Below are positions 1 through 10,352 of a DNA stretch of 43,123 nucleotides, in pieces. Source of the stretch: Candidatus Zhuqueibacterota bacterium 4484_87 (GTDB lineage Bacteria > Zhuqueibacterota > Zhuqueibacteria > Thermofontimicrobiales > Thermofontimicrobiaceae); NCBI GenBank assembly GCA_002085355.1, contig NATN01000001.1, forward strand, positions 9,628-52,750, given 5' to 3'. The notes under the pieces were generated by a model. It was given only the letters and a program-made list of their open reading frames with translations, ran no database searches and was not told the DNA's origin. The number at the start of each line of letters is the position of its first letter. Positions within the stretch are counted from its first letter, which is position 1. Both the position numbers and the translations under genes were made by a program.

Positions 1-1412
1 TGTGCACTATTTTTAATCCAATCGGCAAAAATAACACTTACTCCAAAGAAACTGAATCCTAATATGATCAATGAATTAATGTGGTGAATTCCAAAGATAA
101 TAAGCAGAACTGCAAAAGCAACAGAGACTCCGGTGTACAGCAATAATTTTTTGATAATTTCTTTTTTGGGGGTGTCCCGCCAAAGGAACAGCGGACAAAT
201 CGCAATTAACAACAACAGAATGATTCCGAACGGAATGGAAACTTTATTGAAAAATTGCTCTCCGAGCGTAATCTGATGCCCGACAAAAAGTTCGGTGAAA
301 GCCGGATACATTGTTCCCCAAAGAATAGTGACCATGAGCACAATCATAACACCGTTGAGCAGTAGAAATGTAAATTCCCGGCTGAGAAAACTGGAAATTT
401 TTTCACTGGACTTCAGAGCTGATCGACGGTACAGTACCAAGGCGAGAAAAATTACAGTGATCAGTGCCATGAAAAAGATGAAGAACATGCCCATATTAGA
501 TTTGCCAAAGGCGTGCACTGAGGAAATGATACCGCTGCGAGTGATGAAGGTCCCCAATATCGTCAGTAGAAATGTGAGCACTGCAAGCGTTACATTCCAG
601 CCTTTCATCATATTTCTTGCCTTTTGTGCCATGATGGAATGCACCAGAGCTGTTCCGGTGAGCCAGGGGAGCAGTGAAGCGTTTTCGACCGGATCCCAGG
701 CCCAATATCCACCCCAGCCGAGCTCGACGTACGCCCATTGGGCGCCTAACAAATTGCCGATTGTGAGAAAAATCCAGGCAAAAAGGCTCCAATTGCGGCT
801 TTCATTGAGCCACTTGTTGGACAGATCGCCTTTCATTAATGCAGCCAAAGCAAAGGCAAAGGGAATGGTAAAGCCAACAAAGCCAATAAACAAAGTTGGC
901 GGATGAAAAATCATGGCGAAATTTTGCAACAATGGATTCATGCCAAATCCGTCCGGCATTGGACGGGTGAGTTTTTCAAATGGATTTGTCGAGTAAATGA
1001 CCAGGCTGAGAAAGAATAGCGCCACAGCGCTTATTATAGCTATGACATAGGGATGTAATTCTTCAGAACGATGTCTGTTCTTGAAAACGAAAATAGCATT
1101 GAAAATTGTGAGCAACCAGGTCCAGAAAAGCAGAGAGCCTGCCTGCCCAGCCCATAATGCGGAAAAAGTGTAGAACAACGATAAGTTTCGATCCGTGTAT
1201 TCAGCCACGTAACGTAGCGAGAAATCACGCGTCAGCAGAGCATAGAGAAGCAGCAACACTGCAAGGGTTACGAATAATAGCTGTCCATAAATTGCAAAGC
1301 GGGCTTTTTGTACCAAGGATCCGTCTTTCAGACGAATACCGGAAGCGGAAGCCCAAATGGCAAAAGCGGTGGAAACAAACGCAATGAGCAGAGAAATATA
1401 TCCTAAATGCAA
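1..1412 (-). CDS. ccmF: Cytochrome c-type biogenesis protein CcmF (heme lyase), 5' part; the ORF runs off the left edge of the window
   Basis: My own translation of the minus strand (this ORF is absent from the ORF track because it is edge-truncated) gives a long hydrophobic ORF. It reads ...LHLGYISLLIAFVSTAFAIWAS...FSALWAGQAGSLLFW...FHPPTLFIGFVGFTIPFAFALA...LGAQWAYVELGWGGYWAWDPVENASLLPWLTGTALVHS..., containing the Trp-rich WWD heme-handling motif (about 663-719). The probable start is TTG at 1412-1410, preceded by GGGAGA. It lies directly downstream of ccmE. Confidence 0.85.
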   Translation of the reverse strand, partial: MHLGYISLLIAFVSTAFAIWASASGIRLKDGSLVQKARFAIYGQLLFVTLAVLLLLYALLTRDFSLRYVAEYTDRNLSLFYTFSALWAGQAGSLLFWTWLLTIFNAIFVFKNRHRSEELHPYVIAIISAVALFFLSLVIYSTNPFEKLTRPMPDGFGMNPLLQNFAMIFHPPTLFIGFVGFTIPFAFALAALMKGDLSNKWLNESRNWSLFAWIFLTIGNLLGAQWAYVELGWGGYWAWDPVENASLLPWLTGTALVHSIMAQKARNMMKGWNVTLAVLTFLLTILGTFITRSGIISSVHAFGKSNMGMFFIFFMALITVIFLALVLYRRSALKSSEKISSFLSREFTFLLLNGVMIVLMVTILWGTMYPAFTELFVGHQITLGEQFFNKVSIPFGIILLLLIAICPLFLWRDTPKKEIIKKLLLYTGVSVAFAVLLIIFGIHHINSLIILGFSFFGVSVIFADWIKNSA

Positions 1413-1509
1413 AAGTATTCTCCCAATAAATTAAAGGTGCTGTTTTATTCCCAAATTAAAACAGATAGAGTAAACCCGCAAAAAAATGCGGGCGTGTCGT
1501 GAAAATAAT

Positions 1510-1896
1510 TTATTGTTCTGTCTTTGCTTCGTATTTTGAAGGACATTTAGTCATGATTTGTGTCGCCTCAAAAACGCCGCCTGTGTATTTCCCTTCGACG
1601 ACAACAGATACCGCTTCAGAAAATGTATCCGGCGCAACCCCATGGTAACGCACGTCCATCACTTCTTTGCCGTCTGTAATCTGAAATGTCAAGATAAGAT
1701 TTTCTGCGTCAAATTTAATGGAATCAAGAACGAGGTCTCCGTTGACGCGAGTACCCTTGTTGGCTAACTCTTCCTGATGGGCATAAAATTCACCGACTGT
1801 ATGGAAGTAAACAGCCGAATCTTTCATTCCGGACCAGAAAAGATAGCCGACAACCAAGATGACAATTATTGTGCCGATCAAAATTTTCCTATTCAT
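1510..1896 (-). CDS. ccmE: Cytochrome c maturation heme chaperone CcmE, Cys (CxxxY) variant
   Basis: The product has an N-terminal TM anchor (KILIGTIIVILVVGYLFW) followed by an OB-fold-like body (RVNGDLV...VVVEGKY). The C-terminal heme-binding motif reads KCPSKYE rather than the usual HDENY. I place the start at ATG 1896 (AAGGA 7 nt upstream) rather than the upstream TTG at 1920 used by the ORF track. Confidence 0.88.
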   Translation of the reverse strand: MNRKILIGTIIVILVVGYLFWSGMKDSAVYFHTVGEFYAHQEELANKGTRVNGDLVLDSIKFDAENLILTFQITDGKEVMDVRYHGVAPDTFSEAVSVVVEGKYTGGVFEATQIMTKCPSKYEAKTEQ

Positions 1897-2009
1897 GGTA
1901 TTCCTTTTTCTATTTATCAAAATTATATTTTTTATGCGTTCAATTATTATCGAATATTTTTAAGCGAAGAGTTTTGGAAAATATTTGACAGTGTAAAGCA
2001 ATTTAACCA

Positions 2010-3147
<1,138 letters not shown>

Positions 3148-3241
3148 CAGTCCGTCCTTTTAGTTGTCATTTTTCAAATATCAGATAAAATAAAAGAATT
3201 TTTTCAAAATGTCAATGCAAAAATTGGAAGAAGTCGATTTT

Positions 3242-4642
3242 TTATCGCCCCTTCCCCGCAATCATGGTGTAGGCTGTGCGCATCATAATTTTTAAATCCA
3301 TGCGCAATGACATGTTTTCTAAATAATAGAGATCGTACTCTAATTTCTTTTTCACGTTTTTGATAGAATCATCGTACCCGCCTTTGATTTGCGCCCAGCC
3401 GGTAATTCCCGGCTTCATACGATGGCGACGCGAGTACAGAGGGATTTCATTTTTCAATCTTTTGACAAAATAGGGACGTTCAGGTCTGGGGCCGACAAGA
3501 CTCATGTCGTTGAATAAGATATTGATGAATTGGGGGATTTCATCAATGCGGGTTTTACGCAGAAATCGCCCAACAGCAGTGATTCTTGGGTCGTGTTCAC
3601 TCGCCCAGACAGGCCCTGTTTCCTTTTCTGCTTTATATTTCATGGAGCGAAATTTATAAATTTGGAAAATTTTTTCGTATTGTCCCACCCGTTTCTGTTT
3701 GAAAAAAACAGGCCCGCGCGAATCAAGTTTGATGGCTATTGCCACCAAAATCCAAATCGGCAAAAAACTAACGATGACAAACAATGAAACGATCACATCA
3801 ATTGCTCGTTTGACTCGCTTTTCCCATTCCGGCATGAATTGCGGCATAATTTCAATGAGCGGAATGCCGTAAATTTGATTGGTTCTGCCATAGCCCATAA
3901 CGATATCGTACAGATCAGGAACAATTTTTAAACTCACCGGCAAATTATCACAGCGGGAGATGATGTTAATTACCTGCTTGGGGGTAGCAGATTTTACGGC
4001 GATGATAAGCACTTCTACATTGTAACGGTGCACAAGTCGCGGCAAATCTTTGAGCGTACCAAGCACGCTTGCCTTTTCAAATTTCTCTCCCACATATTTT
4101 TTTGAATGACAAATGAATCCCACTACTTCATAGCCAAGGGCAGGGGCATTTTTTAGTTTTTGATAAATTTCATGCGATTTTGAATTCCATCCAATAATCA
4201 GCGTATTGCGGCGGCCGATGCCGTTTTCCAGCAATTTTCTTTGCACTGTTCGCAGCAGGATTCTCCCAGCACTTACCAGAACAGTCAGAATAAACCAATA
4301 GGAGATAATTATTATTCGGCTCCAGGAAGGAGGATTTTCCAAATCAACGGTAGGATCAAAAGTAATCAGGAAAATAATGATGGCTCCGATTGTGATTGTC
4401 TTGAGCACTGTCACCATTTCGTCAAACCGCGATTGCGCATACCAGGAACGATACATGCCAAAAAAGAAAAACAACAGCGCCCAAAAAAGGAACAGGACAA
4501 ACATCATAATGATATTTTGTCCCAATTCGGTTTCCACATAAAAACCAAGCTTCAGCCGAAAAGTGACCCACAAAATATAAGTTACGTTAATGGCAAGGAA
4601 ATCGCTTAAAAAGAGGAGGATTTTTTCAATGGTTTTTGGCAT
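3242..4642 (-). CDS. Undecaprenyl-phosphate sugar-1-phosphate transferase (WbaP/exopolysaccharide-initiating bacterial sugar transferase family)
   Basis: The 466-aa product has N-terminal multi-TM segments and a central Rossmann-like region (LIIGWNSKSHEIY). The C-terminal catalytic domain shows typical motifs FKQKRVG...KFRSM...DEIPQFINIL.GDMSLVGPRPERP...KPGITGWAQI. Confidence 0.88.
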   Translation of the reverse strand: MPKTIEKILLFLSDFLAINVTYILWVTFRLKLGFYVETELGQNIIMMFVLFLFWALLFFFFGMYRSWYAQSRFDEMVTVLKTITIGAIIIFLITFDPTVDLENPPSWSRIIIISYWFILTVLVSAGRILLRTVQRKLLENGIGRRNTLIIGWNSKSHEIYQKLKNAPALGYEVVGFICHSKKYVGEKFEKASVLGTLKDLPRLVHRYNVEVLIIAVKSATPKQVINIISRCDNLPVSLKIVPDLYDIVMGYGRTNQIYGIPLIEIMPQFMPEWEKRVKRAIDVIVSLFVIVSFLPIWILVAIAIKLDSRGPVFFKQKRVGQYEKIFQIYKFRSMKYKAEKETGPVWASEHDPRITAVGRFLRKTRIDEIPQFINILFNDMSLVGPRPERPYFVKRLKNEIPLYSRRHRMKPGITGWAQIKGGYDDSIKNVKKKLEYDLYYLENMSLRMDLKIMMRTAYTMIAGKGR

Positions 4643-4844
4643 AGGAGAAACAGATAATGTTTTTGCTATGGTTCAGTATTTTATTTTTAAAAATCTGCTT
4701 ACAAAATTATCGAAAATTAACGGACAAAATTCTCCACATTAAACTGATGGAAATCGTTTTTGTTCAATGCTCAAAAGTTAAAAAGTACTGTAAGTTTGCT
4801 GTTTTTCTGCTGCCCATTCGCTCGGGGTATTCCCTGAAAAATTC

Positions 4845-4874
4845 AACGGCGATACATCAAAATGCATCGCCGTT
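4845..4874 (-). terminator. Hairpin downstream of the dehydrogenase gene (possible intrinsic terminator or attenuator)
   Basis: aacggcgataca (4845-4856) pairs with tgcatcgccgtt (4863-4874), an 11/12 bp stem with a 6-nt loop. On the minus strand it is followed by GAATTTTT. Confidence 0.45.
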
Positions 4875-4907
4875 CAAATTTTAATCACTTGTAGTGTAAA
4901 AATAGTG

Positions 4908-6251
4908 CTATTTATCAATGTCAGTATAAAAGCCGCGCCCGGATCCCAATTTGACAACCTTGTTCAGTTCGTTTTTCGTGAATTTTGTCAAATTGCGGGT
5001 GTCAACAATTGCCCGTGCATGTTCAACGATAAATTTAGGGTCAAATGCTGAATGATCTGCTGTAATCACGACAACGTCATGTTCCTGCAGTGTCTCTTTT
5101 GTCAACGGGACGGATTTGAAAACTTTGTTGGCAACTTTCTTTTCAGGAACATACGGATCATGGTAGTTTAGTTCTTTGATGCCTCGTTGCATCAATAATT
5201 CCATAATTTTCAGCGCCGGAGAATTGCGCGTGTCATCCACGTCTTTTTTGAAGGAGATGCCTAACATCAATACTTTTCCGTGCTGAATTGAAGAATTAAC
5301 ATTTCCCAGTGCGCGACGAATATTGCCGATTACGTAGAAAGGCATTTCTTCGTTCGTCTCTGCTGCCAGCTCGATAAATTTCGTGTGAAAATCATATTCG
5401 CGCGCTTTCCATGCCAGGTAGTATGGATCGACCAAAATGCAGTGGCCGCCGATTCCGGGTCCCGGATAAAAAGGCATGAACCCGAACGGTTTCGTCGCAG
5501 CTGCGTCGATTACTTCCCAAATGTCAATGCCGCCCATGCGATCACAAAGTCGTGCCATTTCGTTCACCAGCGCGATATTGACGCTGCGGAAAATATTCTC
5601 CAACAACTTTTCCATTTCCGCGACTTTGGGATTGGAGACAACGTGCACGTGAGAAACAACTTGCGAAATGGCAAGTTCTGCAATTTCAGTGCACTTTTCC
5701 GTTACGCCGCCGACAACAATTGGGGTATTCTCGGTTGTGAATTGTTTGTTGCCCGGGTCAATTCGCTCCGGCGAAAAAGCAAGAAAAAAGTCTTTACCAA
5801 CTTTGAGTCCGGTTTTTTCCAGAATCGGAAGCACGACTTTTTCGGTAGTCTCAGGGAAAGTCGTGGATTTTAAAATGATCAACTGGTCCTTGCGCAAACC
5901 ATTAGCGATTCCCTCAGCGGAATCCACAATGTAATCAATTTTTGGATCTTTGTTGGGTGTGAACGGCGTCGGCACGCAAATGTAAATGACATCCAAATCC
6001 GGAATGTCATCGTAGGCCGTTGTTGCCGAAAAACGTCCGCTTTTCATTACGGCGTCCCACTTGTCAGGTGTAATGTCTTCGATGTAATTTTTGCCATTTT
6101 GAAGGGAGTTCTTTTTTCTTTCATCTACGTCGATGCCAATCACGTTAAAGCCCTTCAGCGCGTATTCTACTGCAAGAGGTAATCCCACATAACCAAGTCC
6201 GATGATGCCGATCTTTGCACTTCTGTCCTGAATTTTCTCTCGTAATCCCAT
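4908..6251 (-). CDS. Nucleotide-sugar 6-dehydrogenase (UDP-N-acetyl-hexosamine dehydrogenase; WbpA/TviB/WecC-like)
   Basis: The 447-aa product has the N-terminal NAD fold IGIIGLGYVGLPLA. It also shows the catalytic Cys region PGPGIGGHCILVDPYYL and the UDPG/GDP-mannose dehydrogenase C-terminal domain (LGISFKKDVDDTRNSP). Confidence 0.85.
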   Translation of the reverse strand: MGLREKIQDRSAKIGIIGLGYVGLPLAVEYALKGFNVIGIDVDERKKNSLQNGKNYIEDITPDKWDAVMKSGRFSATTAYDDIPDLDVIYICVPTPFTPNKDPKIDYIVDSAEGIANGLRKDQLIILKSTTFPETTEKVVLPILEKTGLKVGKDFFLAFSPERIDPGNKQFTTENTPIVVGGVTEKCTEIAELAISQVVSHVHVVSNPKVAEMEKLLENIFRSVNIALVNEMARLCDRMGGIDIWEVIDAAATKPFGFMPFYPGPGIGGHCILVDPYYLAWKAREYDFHTKFIELAAETNEEMPFYVIGNIRRALGNVNSSIQHGKVLMLGISFKKDVDDTRNSPALKIMELLMQRGIKELNYHDPYVPEKKVANKVFKSVPLTKETLQEHDVVVITADHSAFDPKFIVEHARAIVDTRNLTKFTKNELNKVVKLGSGRGFYTDIDK

Positions 6252-6291
6252 AGCTACTCCACATTTTAATTTACTACATCACGACTTTTTG

Positions 6292-6474
6292 TTTAGAGTT
6301 TTTAGTTTATAGTTCATAGTTCAAAGTTTTGAGTTTCGGGTTTCGAGTTTGATTGAGCTCGAGGGGCAATTTAATTAAAATCATTCATTTTAAAATTTCT
6401 ATGATCGCTAACGAAAATTCACTGACTGAAAATTACGAACTAAAAATTATAGACTCCAAACTTTGAACCAAAAT
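6292..6474. repeat. Two inverted arrays of degenerate 7-bp tandem repeats flanking an AT-rich core of about 70 nt
   Basis: Left array 6292-6354: tttagag tttttag tttatag ttcatag ttcaaag ttttgag tttcggg tttcgag tttgatt (consensus TTTNNAG). Right array 6426-6474: ctgaaaa ttacgaa ctaaaaa ttataga ctccaaa ctttgaa ccaaaat (consensus CTNNAAA, the reverse complement of the left consensus). Positions 6319-6336 are 16/18 complementary to 6451-6468. Confidence 0.7.
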
Positions 6475-6475
6475 T

Positions 6476-7480
6476 TCACCCTTCTATCTGATAATGTTGT
6501 TTATAATATTCAAGATATTCCCCGCTTTTTATTTTCTCCCACCATTCCCGGTTGTCTTTGTACCAATCAATGGTGAGTTTCATTGCTTCCTGAAATGAAT
6601 GTTTCGGCTGCCAGCCAAGTGCGTGCAATTTGCTGCAATCCACGGAATAGCGCCGATCATGTCCGGGGCGATCTTTGACAAAAGTCATCAGCTCTTTTGG
6701 TTTCTCAAGTTCAGAAAGAATAATTCCAGTGATTTCAAGGTTGTTGCGCTCATTTCCCGCGCCAATATTGTACACTTCGCCGTCATCGCCGTGATTCATG
6801 ACAAAATCGATCGCATCGCAGTGGTCCATGACATAAATCCAATCACGGACATTTTTCCCGTCGCCGTAAATCGGCAATTTTTTATCTTCAATGGCATTAG
6901 TTACAAATAGCGGGATTAATTTTTCTGGATACTGGTAAGGCCCATAATTATTAGAACAGCGCGTGACTATCACCGGCACTTTGTAGGTGACAAAATAAGA
7001 ATACGCCAACCGATCCGCCCCTGCTTTGGACGCTGAGTAGGGGCTGGAAGGCATCAGGGCGTCAGTTTCCCTGAAAGAACCGTCTTCGATACTGCCGTAA
7101 ACTTCATCCGTTGAAATTTGAATGAATTTTTTCACGCCGTATTTTCGTGCTGCTTCCAACAGCACGAATGTCCCGAAAATATCGGTCTTGATGAAATCGT
7201 CCGGTTCACCAATGGAACGATCCACATGGCTTTCTGCAGCAAAATTAACGACAAAATCTGCTTCTTTGACCAAAGGCTCTACAATTTCTGCGTCACAGAT
7301 ATCTCCTTTTACAAATCGATAGCCCGGATTATTCTCGATATTTTTCAGATTTTCAAGATTCCCAGCGTAGGTCAATTTATCTAAATTGATAACTTCAACG
7401 TCCGGATATTTTCCAAATAAATAGTGAATAAAATTACTGCCAATAAAACCTGCGCCACCTGTGACCAGAAATTTTGCCAT
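6476..7480 (-). CDS. rfbB: dTDP-glucose 4,6-dehydratase
   Basis: The 334-aa product has the SDR fold GGAGFIGSNF and the catalytic YSASKAGADRL (YxxxK). Typical RmlB segments are present (HVDRSI, STDEVYG, NNYGPYQYPEKLIP, DGKNVRDWIYV..H). Confidence 0.92.
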   Translation of the reverse strand: MAKFLVTGGAGFIGSNFIHYLFGKYPDVEVINLDKLTYAGNLENLKNIENNPGYRFVKGDICDAEIVEPLVKEADFVVNFAAESHVDRSIGEPDDFIKTDIFGTFVLLEAARKYGVKKFIQISTDEVYGSIEDGSFRETDALMPSSPYSASKAGADRLAYSYFVTYKVPVIVTRCSNNYGPYQYPEKLIPLFVTNAIEDKKLPIYGDGKNVRDWIYVMDHCDAIDFVMNHGDDGEVYNIGAGNERNNLEITGIILSELEKPKELMTFVKDRPGHDRRYSVDCSKLHALGWQPKHSFQEAMKLTIDWYKDNREWWEKIKSGEYLEYYKQHYQIEG

Positions 7481-7787
7481 GGTATTTTTCCTTAATTTTC
7501 AAAGGTTAACATACTGAAAAACAAGCTTGAATTTAAAAAAAAAATAATTAAAAGTCAATGATTTAATTGTCACAAAAATGATACAATTTACCCGTTAAGC
7601 TCTTCGGAAAAGCGGGAGCTTGAATTATGGGTAAATTGAACTAATAATACATGTTTTTCCCATAATTTGCAGAAGTCCACGCATGAAAATTCAGGAAAAT
7701 TCTTGCATTTTTGCAATAAATTCATTATTATGAAAACAAAATTATCAGCCTGAATAGAGTTAAACCAATTTTATTAAGGAGAACACG

Positions 7788-9209
7788 TTGGATACTTATG
7801 GCTGGATTTCCATTCTTCCTCCCTTATTAGCTATTTTACTGGCGATTATGACGAAGCAAGTTTATCCGTCCCTGTTTTTAGGAATTTGGCTCGGTTGGAC
7901 AGCAATGAACGGTTGGAATCCGCTGATAGGATTACGTGAGACTTTGGAAGCGGTCATCGATGTATTTAAGGATTCGGGAAATACGAAAGTTATTTTATTC
8001 AGCATGATGGTCGGAGCGTTGATTATTATGATGCAGCATTCCGGCGGCGTAACCGGTTTTATCAACTGGATTAGCCGTAAAGGGCTGGCAAGAAATCGGC
8101 GCACTTCCAGTTTGATGCTTTGGTTCATCGGAGTGATAATTTTTATCGAAAGTAATTTGATCAATCTGGTCATTGGCGCTATCGGCAGACCGATTTTTGA
8201 TCGATTCAAAGCTCCGCGGGAGAAATTAGCCTACATTGCCCATTCAACGTCTGCACCGGTATGTGTAATGATTCCCTTCAACGGCTGGGGGGCGGTACTC
8301 ACCGGGCTTTTAGTGGCACAACAAATTGATAATGCTTTTTTTACTGTGTTGAAAGCTGTGGCGACAAATTTTTACGCAATGTTCACTATTGCGCTTGTTT
8401 TGATTATAATTATTACGCAAAAGGATTTTGGTCCCATGGCAAGCGCTGAAAAGCGCGCACGGGAAACCGGGAAAGTCATTCGTGATGATGCCCAGCTGCT
8501 TGTATCGGAAGAGACGATCGCCATGCCGATCAAAGAAGGAGTAAAGCCGCGCGCTATCAACATGATTTTGCCGCTGGTGGCGATGGTGAGTATGGTTCCC
8601 ATCGGCTTGCTTGCCACAGGCAACGGCGATATTACTCACGGTTCCGGCTCCACTGCAGTTTTCTGGGCAGTACTGACGGGTATTGTTGTCGGCGGTGTGA
8701 TTTACAAAATCCAGGGTATCTTTAATTTGAAAGAATCCTTGGATCTGGTGATGAAAGGCATGGGTGGCTTAATCCCCATGGGATTACTGATGGTTTTCGC
8801 TTTTTCCATGGGCGCGACGTGCAAAGTTATGGGAACAGGCCCTTTTGTTTCAGCTTTAGCAACAGCTACAATACATCCGGTGTTGGTGATTCCGACTGTT
8901 TTTATTGTCGCTTGTATTATTTCATTTTCGACCGGCACCTCCTGGGGCACGTTCGCCATTATGATGCCGATTGCTGTGCCGTTGGCGCTGAATTTGGGAC
9001 TTAATTTGCCGATGATGGTCAGTGCTGTTATGGGAGGCGGTGTTTTCGGTGACCATAGTTCTCCGATTTCGGATACGACAATTATTTCATCCATGGCAAC
9101 GGCTTGTGATCCGATAGATCATGTCAGAACTCAATTGCCCTATGCGCTCACGGCGGCGAGTCTGGCGGTAGTAGTTTATACGGTAATTGGTTTCATAACA
9201 ATTGGCTGA
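7788..9209 (+). CDS. nhaC: Na+/H+ antiporter, NhaC family
   Basis: The 473-aa polytopic membrane protein (about 11-12 TM) has a C-terminal motif GGGVFGDHSSPISDTTIISS typical of the NhaC family. It has a TTG start with AAGGAG 7 nt upstream. Confidence 0.7.
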   Translation: MDTYGWISILPPLLAILLAIMTKQVYPSLFLGIWLGWTAMNGWNPLIGLRETLEAVIDVFKDSGNTKVILFSMMVGALIIMMQHSGGVTGFINWISRKGLARNRRTSSLMLWFIGVIIFIESNLINLVIGAIGRPIFDRFKAPREKLAYIAHSTSAPVCVMIPFNGWGAVLTGLLVAQQIDNAFFTVLKAVATNFYAMFTIALVLIIIITQKDFGPMASAEKRARETGKVIRDDAQLLVSEETIAMPIKEGVKPRAINMILPLVAMVSMVPIGLLATGNGDITHGSGSTAVFWAVLTGIVVGGVIYKIQGIFNLKESLDLVMKGMGGLIPMGLLMVFAFSMGATCKVMGTGPFVSALATATIHPVLVIPTVFIVACIISFSTGTSWGTFAIMMPIAVPLALNLGLNLPMMVSAVMGGGVFGDHSSPISDTTIISSMATACDPIDHVRTQLPYALTAASLAVVVYTVIGFITIG

Positions 9210-9368
9210 TCACTTGTTGAAAAATGGAATATCCCGGAACATAATTTATTTTCATTAGTTTTTTGTTCGCAAATAAAATTTCATTAATTGTTGCTGATAA
9301 AATATACAGAAAAATATCAAAAAAAATTAGCGCATTCACCTTTGGCGAGATAAAATAAAAATACAAAA

Positions 9369-10343
9369 ATGCAAGCAACAGCAATCGCTCACGCAAATAT
9401 CGCATTGGTAAAGTATTGGGGGAAACGGGACGTTCGGCTCAATTTACCGGCCGTTGGCTCGATTTCTGTGACGCTCAAAAATCTGTTCACGCGGACAAAA
9501 ATCATCTTTGATCCGAATTTTGATAAAGATGAATTAATAATTGATTCTGTGAAAGTCGAAGGGAAAGCCGGTAGCCGCGTTGCTCATTTTTTGTCCTTAT
9601 TTCGTCAGCGTGCACAGGTGGATTTTTTTGCTCATGTAGAAAGCGAAAACAATTTTCCCACCGGAGCGGGCCTGGCGTCTTCTGCATCGGGATTTGCGGC
9701 GCTAACAATTGCGGCAAATGCGGCGTTGAAATTAAATCTCTCGTCAAAGGAATTGTCCATTTTCGCGCGACAAGGATCGGGCTCGGCAGCACGTTCGGTT
9801 TTTGGTGGTTTTGTGGAAATGAAAAAAGGCGAAAAAAGGGACGGTTCTGACTCTTTTGCCGTAAAGCTGGCAGACGAAACTCACTGGGATTTGCACATGC
9901 TCATTGCCATCACGTCGGAAAAAGCAAAAAAAATGGGTTCTACTGACGGAATGGTCTTATCAGAAAAGACGTCACCGTATTACAGCGAATGGGTACGGAC
10001 GTCAGAAATTGATCTCACTGTCTGCCGTGAAGCGATTTTGAATAAAGATTTTTCACAATTAGCGGAAGTCGCCGAGTACAGTTGTCTCAAAATGCACGCG
10101 CTGGCAATGAGCTCGCAGCCGGGACTGATTTATTGGAACGGCGCGACGGTAGAGGTGCTTCACACAATTCGTGAACTGCGCAGGCAAGGTATTCCTGTTT
10201 TTTTTACAATTGACGCGGGCCCGCAGGTCAAAGCTATCTGCGAGCCGAAATATATTGAAACTGTTAAAAAAAATCTCGAGGAAATAAAAGGCGTCAAAAG
10301 GGTAATTCATACACCTTTAGGACCAGACGCGAAAATTATTTAA
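9369..10343 (+). CDS. mvaD: Diphosphomevalonate (mevalonate-5-diphosphate) decarboxylase
   Basis: The 324-aa product has the N-terminal signature AHANIALVKYWGKRD. It also has the GHMP motif FPTGAGLASSASGFAAL and GSGSAARS. Confidence 0.9.
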   Translation: MQATAIAHANIALVKYWGKRDVRLNLPAVGSISVTLKNLFTRTKIIFDPNFDKDELIIDSVKVEGKAGSRVAHFLSLFRQRAQVDFFAHVESENNFPTGAGLASSASGFAALTIAANAALKLNLSSKELSIFARQGSGSAARSVFGGFVEMKKGEKRDGSDSFAVKLADETHWDLHMLIAITSEKAKKMGSTDGMVLSEKTSPYYSEWVRTSEIDLTVCREAILNKDFSQLAEVAEYSCLKMHALAMSSQPGLIYWNGATVEVLHTIRELRRQGIPVFFTIDAGPQVKAICEPKYIETVKKNLEEIKGVKRVIHTPLGPDAKII

Positions 10344-10352
10344 GGAAAGAGG

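Noticed and set aside
295-906. 203-aa plus-strand ORF (and the 98-aa ORF at 496..792) at the left end
   Set aside because: The sequences are low-complexity and unrecognisable. The opposite strand encodes an uninterrupted CcmF with the WGGYWAWDPVENASLLPW motif, so these are antisense shadow ORFs.
6292-6474. Heptad arrays as a CRISPR array or degenerate coding remnant
   Set aside because: A 7-bp period with no spacers is incompatible with CRISPR, and stops occur in all frames. It is retained as an unexplained repeat, not as CRISPR or a pseudogene.
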